61,763 nucleotides of DNA, taken from NCBI GenBank assembly GCA_000934665.2, contig KZ538108.1:62001-123763 (forward strand), in the 5' to 3' direction. Positions 52,891-61,763 of this stretch are shown one piece after another. This stretch comes from Catajapyx aquilonaris (Eukaryota). The notes beneath the pieces were generated by a model. It was not told the origin of the DNA. It saw nothing but the letters and a program-made list of their open reading frames with translations, and did not search any database. The position numbers were made by a program, and so were the translations under genes. Every line of letters starts with the position of its first letter. The stretch's first letter is position 1.

Positions 52891-54279
52891 CAATCAAGTG
52901 TCATTTTATGTAAGAACGTCCAATAAAAATAATCCTGTCACAAGTCAAAATCCATCCTGGAAGACGTCCATTTTTACAATGCCCAATTTGAGTCAAATAA
53001 ATTAGCCAACTGAAATCAACTTAAATGTAACTAGTTCAATTCTATAGTGCAACCTCATGACTATACCCTTATCGAGTGGGGTACAATGGGCCAGCTGGGA
53101 TGAACACGTCAGTTGCCTGTTTTAGTTAATTATGACTCGAAAAATTGGGCATATTCTACCATTATCGCAAACACTGCAATAAAAATTTCCGCACATTCCA
53201 ATGGCCTCCTGGAGCCATTTTAAATGTCGCAAACTCGCAAATTTCAAACCCTGATTTTCACCACTGATGCAACAAAAGATTGGCCGTTTCAATCTTTTGT
53301 TTCATTTACAATCCCCACTGGAAAAACACCGGAATTATTGGCAGGGAAATCGATCGTGGAAGAGGTCAAGAGGGTTGTCAGATATGCATAATCTCATGTA
53401 CTCACCATCATCAGAGTTGTTGTAATGGTCGTCTTCCAATAAGTGCCTCATAATGTTGACAACGCAGCCCGAGGACCATTTTGACAGTCAGCGTCGTCGA
53501 TGGAGACACGTCTGCAGTACTCGATCCCCGCTTCATCAGTGCATATGTTGTCTCACCTGGAAACAATTGTCAAACTAATAGATGCCGCAGTATTTGACTC
53601 ACTTGCGCAATACTATCCCCCAGCAATAACATACTATATAGTTATATGCTTACCCATAGTGCAGCACGTCCGTATATACGTCATCAGAGATCGAGCCGTA
53701 GAACCTCTTCGGTGGAAGCCCAGCCACAGAAAGAAAGAAGAGTCTCCTCCTCACCCCCCATCCGCCCCCTTGTGGTATGTCTCAGAAACGGCTTATCTGC
53801 AGCAAAATGCCTTTAAGTCCGATGCAGCTGTAGCCGAGTTGAACGTACACGTCATGACGGCTGCGAAACCCCCCCCCCCCCCCCNCATAGGCCTACTACA
53901 AAAATAGGAAGGAAGCACCAGCACGTTCTGGTATAAATATAACCAGGAGTGATATAACCAGATATAACCAATTATTAATATTATTATTGCTATTATTCTG
54001 ATGAGAAGGATATAATATTACACTCCTTCTCCCACGCAACGTTATTATTGTGGCCATCAGCTTGCTAGATAAGAAGAAGCAACGGTGCTACAGGACAGAT
54101 GGAGACAGAAACGCATTTTCAGAGTCGACTTTTATTTTCGTACAATATCATGTTGTGCAAAAATTCAGGTGACCCCAAAACCGAGTCACTGGCTGTATTA
54201 TTTCATAGAAGAGTTTCATTACGGTGTGCTGGGGAGACAAAGCGTGTAGAAAGAGTGACAATAACAAAGAGCGTTGGTG

Positions 54280-56295
54280 CTATTCGTCTGGTGTCACTGA
54301 TACACTTTCTTGAGTATGAAGCATCAACGTCGTGTTCGGGTCCTTCTGCTGCTGCGATGCGTGCGACGACGACGGGTACGGTACATCAGAGGAGCAATAA
54401 GAGGGAATAAGGGCCCGTGAGACGAAGACGAGTAGAGCAGCAGCCCAACCCGCTGCAAGAAGTGCGAAGGGTACGGCCAGGGTGGTCAGCTCGATTGGAC
54501 GGACCTTATTGCTGCTGGCCTCGATCGGATGACCCTGGCCATCGGAGGATGACGTGGTCCTGGTGAGGAGGCCTTTCTTGCTCCACACGTACATCCTTAG
54601 GTACCGGCAGGAGTCCATGAACTTGTAGAAGGCCCAGTCCTGGTAGCCTGCCCCCCACAGCCTCAGGACGACACGATCCACTGCCTCCAAGTAGTTGCAG
54701 TTCTTGGGCACCTTGATGACCAAAGGAAAGGCAGGGAGGTGGTCGGCGGTGACCTGGTGGGACTCGCTCTCCCTGTGCACGTTGTCCCTGTCGAAGATGT
54801 AGGCGAACTGGTACACGAGACGGGTCCCCAGGCAGGCGAACCGCTCCTGGAATATGCGTCCGATGCATTGCTCCAGCGGGATTGGCCTCGGATCCATCCT
54901 CTCGAAGACGGATAGCTCATCAGGATGGAACCCTTGCTGCTGCTGGAGGCCCCAGGTGTCGTAGAACTCGCCCAGGTGGTACGTGCCCAGCTTGTACCCT
55001 CTCTGGACCAGGTCTCGGATGGACTCCACGTTGTCCACCGGAGGATCCATGATGTAGGAGGTCAGCTTGGACACGTACAGGGTGTCCAGGACCAGGCAGA
55101 GGAAGGCCCAGGAGCCCAGCACCCAGAGGAGGGCGCAATTGCTGCTGGAGGGAACAACGGCCACAGGCTGGTTGACTGAGGGCGGCAGCAGGTACACCAC
55201 GGCCAGGTCCAGCCAGCTGCGGCCATCATCATCACGAGAGGACATCCTGAGGACGAGGAGCGCCAGGGCGGAGGCGGCCACGATTGAGGCCCAGAGCGTC
55301 CAGGCGAATGGCCTGACCAGCATCGCCCAGGAGAACCGTGGGGAGACTTTGGCGGTGACGAATGCAGGGGACTTGTACCCGTACGGCTGGCTGGAGGACA
55401 GGTGGGGCTCCAGCTCCTTCGGGATGTGGGTGGCGAAGGCCACGCAAGTCTCGTTCTCCAGCTCGCTCGGGTCTAGGGAATCTCGAACCGTGTATCGGAA
55501 GTTCATGGCTCTGGCAAATGTATCCATGAAATCATACCAGCCGTTTCCCAGCACCGCCACCATCCTGCCATGCAAGTTGCCTGTGGTGTCCAGAAACAAC
55601 TGCTGCTGTTGCCCGAGTGGACTGACCAAGGATGGCCGCCCCCTGTCGCAGTAGTGGCAGAGGGACCTCCACCTGGCCGAAACCCTCCCGTCCTCCTTCC
55701 GCCTCATCATCCTGTCCACCACCGCCACGTACCTCAACGGCCTGGCAGCCTCCATCATCAACGTGGTGGTGGAACAAGAAGAACCTTCTTCTTCGTCGTC
55801 TCCCTGCTGGCCGCCAACAACAAGGAGATGCAAGTCCCTCCTTCTGCTGCTGCTGCTGCTGCTGGAGGCCAGGAACAGCCTGTCCTCCAGCAGAGTCTGG
55901 ATCATCCCTGGGTCGGCTAAGTGGTACACCTTCAGCTGGCACTCAAGCCCTGTGTCAGCTGCAGCCACGGCAGCGACATAAGCGCGGTCCTGTCTGCTCC
56001 CCGTCCAGATAAGCACCTTCTGGGACACTGCAGCAGCAGGCGGAGGACCGCTCTGCTTCCTGCTGTTCCTCCTGTTCAGGATGGTCACCAGTCCTCCGCC
56101 ACCGCCACCGAGGACAAAGGTCACGCTGCTGCTGCACCCGGACACTCGGGGCTGACCACTGCTGAGGAGCGATTCCAGCAGCTCCCCCACCATCTCTTCC
56201 TCCTCCATGATGGAGCCTAGTTCAGGCAGAGCGGTGCAACAGCAAGGCCCCCAGTAGAAGAAGACCACAAGGAGGAACACGTAATGACGAGCCAT
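54280..56295 (-). CDS. Divergent ionotropic receptor (IR, iGluR-derived chemoreceptor), intronless, ~671 aa
   Basis: Single ORF. Likely start M34 of the 704-aa track ORF (signal peptide MARHYVFLLVVFFYWGPCCCTA; TATA-like CCTATATAAT ~50 nt upstream). Pre-M1/M1 LVRPFAWTLW; pore-lining helix WAFLCLVLDTLYVSKLTSYIMDPP followed by VESIRDL; S2 end YLEAVDRVVLRLWGAGY..W; last TM PIELTTLAVPFALLAAGWAAALLVF. AATAAA at 54136-54131. Confidence 0.9.
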   Translation of the reverse strand: MARHYVFLLVVFFYWGPCCCTALPELGSIMEEEEMVGELLESLLSSGQPRVSGCSSSVTFVLGGGGGGLVTILNRRNSRKQSGPPPAAAVSQKVLIWTGSRQDRAYVAAVAAADTGLECQLKVYHLADPGMIQTLLEDRLFLASSSSSSSRRRDLHLLVVGGQQGDDEEEGSSCSTTTLMMEAARPLRYVAVVDRMMRRKEDGRVSARWRSLCHYCDRGRPSLVSPLGQQQQLFLDTTGNLHGRMVAVLGNGWYDFMDTFARAMNFRYTVRDSLDPSELENETCVAFATHIPKELEPHLSSSQPYGYKSPAFVTAKVSPRFSWAMLVRPFAWTLWASIVAASALALLVLRMSSRDDDGRSWLDLAVVYLLPPSVNQPVAVVPSSSNCALLWVLGSWAFLCLVLDTLYVSKLTSYIMDPPVDNVESIRDLVQRGYKLGTYHLGEFYDTWGLQQQQGFHPDELSVFERMDPRPIPLEQCIGRIFQERFACLGTRLVYQFAYIFDRDNVHRESESHQVTADHLPAFPLVIKVPKNCNYLEAVDRVVLRLWGAGYQDWAFYKFMDSCRYLRMYVWSKKGLLTRTTSSSDGQGHPIEASSNKVRPIELTTLAVPFALLAAGWAAALLVFVSRALIPSYCSSDVPYPSSSHASQQQKDPNTTLMLHTQESVSVTPDE

Positions 56296-57074
56296 GGATA
56301 GCCAGCACCCGTATAGAGCTGCAGGACTACACTCGGCAGAATTATATAGGCCTCGACATCTAAACACCTTGACATGGCTCCTTTCCTGGAACATTATTGT
56401 GGGCAGCTGCCAGGCTTATTCTGTTTGTCTTTTTACGAAACTTGTTGTTCGTGCACAAAGAGAAGGTCGCAAGTCGTACCTGACGTTTTAATATTGGGGG
56501 AGCTGGCCGGTGTGTAAACGGCCAAACTACTGGCACTGCAAACATCAAGTTCGACAGCACCCACACGCCAAGTCCAACATCTCAGTACGTCAAAAAGAGG
56601 TGTAATTTAAACTATTGACGCATAATACAGTCATGTGTACAGACATATACGAGTGTGCAAACGTATAATAGTGAGTATGACATCATATTATAACACTAAC
56701 GTGCCTTACTGGTTATACACCAATAGGTAATTATACGAACTCCTCCATACATGTCCTAAAGACGATTATCACCGGTGATTATATTAATGTTTGGAACGGT
56801 GCTCTGTGGGTTGGTGACCATTTGTTCCACNNNNNNNCCCCCCCCCCCCACTTGTGATCAAAAAGCAACTTCAAATTCCAACCCACATATTCTTTATTTA
56901 CAAAGGCGGTCCAGATTTTAAAACTCCGATTACAAATTATTTAAGTCTTCACCTCTCACATTTGAAATGCACATTTCCTTGGTTATGGCTGTGCTGCATT
57001 CTTCTAGCCCTGCCCCATGGGGAAGTGGCGCAGTGGATGCAAAAGAGAGCACTTGATCCTCTCAGGAAGCTTCA

Positions 57075-57238
57075 ATATGTGAGCAATTTGATCGCGTGAA
57101 GTCATCGCCGTGCGATGAATCAATTGTTTGAAGAGAAAGTAACAATCAGAGTAACAATCGATTTTCGCCCCAAATAATTGGAATCATCACTCGGCGATGA
57201 CATCGCGCTATCAGATCGCTCACATGTAAATGCACCTT
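57075..57238. mobile_element. Small palindromic MITE-like element
   Basis: ATGTGAGCAATTTGATCGCGTGAAGTCATCGCCG vs CGGCGATGACATCGCGCTATCAGATCGCTCACAT. Confidence 0.65.
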
Positions 57239-57350
57239 TATTTGAGAAGGAGGTCAGAATTTTAAAAGCTCTGATTGCAAATGATTTATCTAACAGTAAG
57301 TATTCGCCGCCTAATGTGCATAACCTTGGTTATTTCTGTGCTGCATTCTC

Positions 57351-60300
57351 TTAACCCTCCCCTCTGGAGAATTGGAGCAAGTCAATGTCTGAGTACAACA
57401 TAAAGTTCTTGAGAGTCTCAGGAAGCTCCAACTGATCCAAAGCGTCCCTGACCAGCTGGCCTGGACAGAGAGACTGCGACAGCTCTCGGCGTATTCCCCA
57501 TCTGCACATGTGCTTCAGAGTTGGGACGCAATCTGCCAAGGCAACATTTCATATTTAGCAAGCAGTTGAAATAAACACCCTGTTCATACGTACATGATGA
57601 CCTCTTCAATAATTATGAGAATTTGCAGAACAACATTGCACGTGGAAGTAAATGAAGGTCTAATTACTGGACGAACTATCGCTTGCCCTTCAGTCATCGT
57701 TCAACTCACAGGGGTCGGACCACCTTATATGTCAACAGTTTCGGCAAATCTTTCCGAGGATACCAACATCGCGCATGTGTGATCCGTATTTTCGTCATTA
57801 TAGGCTTCGTTCAATAAGGTCAAGATTCGCAATTCTAGAAAATGCAACATAGCACGGTTTTGATTTCCACGATTCCATTATACTGTAGTTTGGTTTCCAT
57901 TATGTCTAGGGCCTGCCAGAGGCAGGTTTGATATCAATCGAGTTGCAGCAACTCAGGCAGTTGTCACCCACAACCTCCTTACCACCTTCACTTTATTGCA
58001 ATGCCTGCCCAAATTTTCCAATCATGTGTTAAACATAAACCAACCAAATGATAGTACCCAACAATAAGTTTTCTCACCCATGCGCTCATACAGGTCGTCC
58101 CAGTCTGCCTCCTCTCCCGTTGCTGCCTCCACTGCTTCTTGGAACATCTCCACCCGATCAAAGCCCAAACACATCGCTCCCAACTCCACTGCCACACTGC
58201 AAGTGGCCTTCATGAAGGTGGCAAACACCATGCGCAGCATCCACTCCACAGGCCTCCCATAACCATTATCATCAGTGCTCATCAGTACATCTGTCCACCT
58301 GTTGGAATTTGAGCAGACGTGCTTAGCAAGTACATGGAATCCATGAAGATCTTCTATCTAGTTATCAATAGGCACCTGTCGAGAATCTGCTCTGGTGTGG
58401 TCCTAGAGAATGTCAGGAGGAAGGCCAGGGCTCGGGGGTCACTTATGCTGGCAGCCACAAGTGAATCTGGTACTCCAAAGGTGTTGCAGCTGGAAGTGTA
58501 ATCTGCGTCTAGACCTCGAGACTCTAGAAGACGTAGGAAGGAGAGATGGAGGGAATCTGTGAGCCCCCTGGTGGCATAGTGACCCAAGAAGAGAGACAGA
58601 GGAGGGGACACATCCAGTCGGGTTGGGTTTATCTGCAAACCTGAAATCCAGATATGCATTTCATTAGTGACAGACGACACACATCGATTTCAGTTAAACA
58701 CCATACCTGCGTCCAAGTACGACTTGAGTGCATTGAGCTGTTCCTCTTCACCATGGGACCCATGGGACCCAAGCAGAAGGGTGATGGGCATAGCATAACG
58801 ATACTCTGCCGCCTTGAACTTACTTGTCTCAAGCAGTGTCTCAAACAGCGACACAAATGGGGTCATTTCACCATTGCTCAATTGTATCAAGCACACATCC
58901 GAGTGAGGCAACCCATCAATAACCTGGTAGCACTCAGAAGCAAAGTTGAATCCATTTTTCATCATGATGGGAAGCACCTCTTGGCTGGAAATTTTAAAAA
59001 AAACTGGTGTCAGTCAGTTCAAGCAAGTTGGACATTTCAGCATGTAGTGAAAAATTATTTTTGTAACAAATACCCGAGATTGCCTATTGCACATGGACAA
59101 TGCGTTAGGGTACTATGCATTAACCCCCCAACCTCCTCGTACAGAGCCAGTGTTTCAAAAATCAGACTCATCAGTTCTTTGTTCAGATCAGTGTTACCTT
59201 CAAACCAGAAATAGCCTATCTTATTTTGGTTTGAGCACAATTTCCTTATATGGAGGGGATGTGCAAGGTGCAGTGCAATGTCCTTATGTGGCCATTTTTA
59301 GTGAACTCCCCGGGCGGTTTAGTCTGTTGGAAATACCACCCGAGACGAAGCCAGAGGTGACCCCAAACTCTGCACGAGATGAAGGGGGCGTCCCCGGGTT
59401 GGGATCAAACCCGGGACCTTAACATCCGTGGGCGCGTACGTTACCGCAGCACCACTTCGCCTCCCCTCATTTGCCTGCACTTGTTATGCAGAACCCTCCT
59501 GTCAGAAAAGTATGAGATCAAAAAGGGAGTGTATGATGCAGAAGTTGACAGGAACATCTGAAACATCCTAATGTTAACCTGCCTGTTATTCTGGGTCGCC
59601 ACTGTCCAGTAGAGAGGGAGGTATTTCCACAATTCCTCCAGCACACCGATGTCTGACCCAGCTTCGACAAAGATTTCCACAACTTCATAGTGTCCAGCCC
59701 TCACTCTCTTCAATAACGGTGTCATTCCAGGAATATCCCTGCATTTCAAGGAAGTACATGTCACTCTATGCCAGTCAGATGAAGTCTATTTTTCACAACA
59801 GTATTACTTATATCTGAATTTCTAGAACATTTCAAATTTCAATTGTTTCTTACGGAATGCTAAGGCTGAAGTTACATAGCTCAGGTTTGTCGTCAGCACA
59901 ATTGATTCCGTCCTCTGCTTCCTCATTCATTCTGGCCTGCTTGCTGCCACTTCCCGAGTCCTCTGGGCTATCTAAAGACCTCTTCCTGAAACGACATGTT
60001 ATCAGTCATTCTTCCTTGCAAAACCCAAACCTTGATTCCCACAAAGACCTGCGCAGCTGACTGTTGTTGCCACTCATCCCATTCTCACTTGAGCTACTGC
60101 TTCCCGCATAAGTTTTCTTCAAACCATCCCCAAGCTCATTGGTGCTCTCCATCAAAGCACCATTTGCAGCACCTAAAATAAGAGCCTAGTGATAGACCTC
60201 ACGGTTTCCACAGAAGGAACAGAGTTCTCCCATCTTATTAACTTTTCTGATAATGTTAGTGAACATCATAACAAATGATGTCCGTGAAGCTGGCCCGGCC

Positions 60301-60770
60301 CATTTATAATACAGGTTACAGGTTATATACATGAATCGTTTGTTTTTGTTTGTTTTGGTGGTCCAGGCGTTTGTTTCGGAATGGATCATTTGTTTTTTTT
60401 AAAAACCTAGTGGGTGCTGCTAGCTCCACAGGAACAAGTAGAAATCATCTGTGCTGTTGCCACGAAGCCCTGTGGCCGTGCCAGAATGACAGCTTCATAC
60501 AAACTTCTTCCATCTACTCCCACAGTTGTGTCCCAATGAGAAGGATATAATATCAGGTTGGAGGATGGCAAAGGCAGAAAAGGGTATGTTCAACATAATT
60601 TCATCATCATTAGCTGTGTCCTATTGGTAAGCCCTTGCAAGAAACGGCTGCCATTAAAACCATACAATGATACCTTCATGGTGTCCGTCTGTGGCATCAC
60701 GCTTCATAAATCCATCATATCCATCCAAGTCATCTGTAGACGTTGTTTCATCAGCTGTCCCTTTCTAGAA
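57351..60770 (-). CDS. Ankyrin-repeat and SOCS-box protein (ASB-like), 5' end unresolved
   Basis: Last exon 57532-57351 encodes a SOCS box (VPTLKHMCRWGIRREL...LDQLELPETLKNFML). Phase-compatible upstream exons 58298-58078, 58640-58376, 58984-58707, ~59215-59124. Ankyrin-like GMTPLLKRVRAGHYEVVEIFVEAGSDI at ~59650-59740. Further acidic/Ser-rich exon candidates at 59870-60770 were not fully resolved. Confidence 0.75.
59275..59466 (-). mobile_element. tRNA-derived SINE in an intron of the ASB-like gene
   Basis: Minus strand GGGGAGGCGAAGTGGTGCTGCGGTAACG (A box-like) ... GGTCCCGGGTTTGATCCC (B box-like), followed by an unrelated body; no full cloverleaf. 3' end approximate. Confidence 0.7.
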
Positions 60771-61389
60771 TGAACGAATGGATACATTAAAGGGAAACCT
60801 CTTCAATGTTGTTGTGACATAAACAGCCAGCCCCTACCTCTACTCTGGTCTTACATAGATTCAGACTTGTGCACACTCAGACATGAACAAATAATAGTAT
60901 TTACAGAATAAGGGCTGCAAAATGAACGCCCGCCTGGAAAGTTGCAGCCGCCAAAGTGTTTACGTTACCTTGGTTACCTGCGGTTTGCGGGAGGGCGCGA
61001 AAACGAACACCCTTGCAGGCTGCAAGTCGGCCTGCAGATTGCAGACTTGCAGCCACAAGTTGCAGGCAGGTTGAGGGGTCCCGCAAGTGACTTGCAGTCG
61101 GTTTTGTAGTGGGGAAATCTTCACTTGGACACTGTACTGATCACTTTTGGTCCGGGTACATTTTCGGCGGGAGAGTTCTGAGCGACCACGGAAGTGTCTT
61201 CGAACTTCCCACGCAGTTTCTTCGTCGGGGGGCACCTTTATTACGACGGTATACCAAATTTAGTCATAAGAAAAGTGACCCACGAACTTGCAACACCTGT
61301 ATATAGCTTATGTAATGTAATAGTATGGCTGATATAACGAACGTAGCTAGTATGATTGCTAAATTGATGGTTATAGCCAGTATGATGGA

Positions 61390-61594
61390 TACACATGGTG
61401 TTCGAAATTCGTGGCTCGTTTTTATATTAGTTATTATTTGTAGCTTGTTGTGCCCCTAACCAGATGGCTCATTCTATAGCAACTCGACGAACTCGACCCC
61501 CTGGGAGTAAAATGGAGCACAACAAGCCACAAAAATAACTACTATTGGGTGATATCAGTTATAAAAACCTACCCACGAATTTTGAACACCTGTA
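61390..61594. mobile_element. Tc1/mariner-type MITE, with a second right end at ~61280-61302
   Basis: GGTGTTCGAAATTCGTGG vs CCACGAATTTTGAACACCTG-TA; inner arms GCTTGTTGTGC / GCACAACAAGC; related CCCACGAACTTGCAACACCTGTA upstream. Confidence 0.7.
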
Positions 61595-61763
61595 TAACCA
61601 ATAAACCTGTATGACAATATAACTGAGTTATATTGGTTATTATGGTAGTTGTATGTTACGCACATTGCACAGTGGGCAAAATCGCGAAATTCATGGTCAA
61701 CAATAATTTATGTTTGGATTAGCGTGAATTTAGTGTTTGGGAGTTACTCAAGCACGCGGACGA

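Larger units (their letters stand above)
48712..53560 (-). pseudogene. Multi-exon minus-strand pseudogene or lncRNA with a decayed Cys-rich (P2X7 C-terminal/nanor-like) domain
   Basis: Splice-site-bounded blocks 53511-53406, 52032-51868, 49796-~49585, 49445-49361, 49180-49025, plus an acceptor at 48712. Fragments PFCAC**NC, HELCSAPCLMTTPG, HNVTLCR, FTAY*ICLT...LLG...ISTCATW; several TGA stops and frameshifts. Confidence 0.35.

Noticed and set aside
53998..54035. CTGATGA followed by a stem, resembling a hammerhead ribozyme core (similar cases at ~10029 and ~48693)
   Set aside because: No GAAA after stem II and no flanking stems I and III.
59400..59466. tRNA gene
   Set aside because: Only A and B boxes are present, with no complete cloverleaf; better explained as a SINE head.
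1..61763. CRISPR arrays, operons or prokaryotic defence systems
   Set aside because: No regularly spaced repeat-spacer arrays were seen; the gene structures are spliceosomal and eukaryotic.

Overview
Eukaryotic, intron-rich arthropod (insect-like) genomic DNA. No prokaryotic features, CRISPR arrays, rRNA or intact tRNA genes were seen. Left to right: (1) the 3' part of an afadin/canoe gene (+, 20 core exons, 4230-21701; RA-domain exons lie upstream of the window), whose introns hold decayed retroelements and several candidate alternative exons; (2) a complete NADH-dependent glutamate synthase gene (+, 10 exons, 27069-36008, 2158 aa); (3) a convergent TTLL2-like tubulin glutamylase gene (-, 5 exons, 41119-37468); (4) a gustatory receptor gene (+, 4 exons, 44133-45881); (5) a ~7 kb zone (46.7-53.6 kb) with spliced-looking non-coding or pseudogenised transcripts, a decayed Cys-rich P2X7-C-terminal-like domain and foldback/MITE insertions; (6) an intronless divergent ionotropic receptor gene (-, 56295-54280); (7) an ankyrin/SOCS-box gene (-, ~60770-57351, 5' end unresolved). 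The best novelty candidate is an internal His/Pro-rich alternative first exon in the intron that splits the afadin PDZ domain. All gene models were built by hand from splice signals and reading phase, and family calls rest on remembered motifs; no database searches were run.
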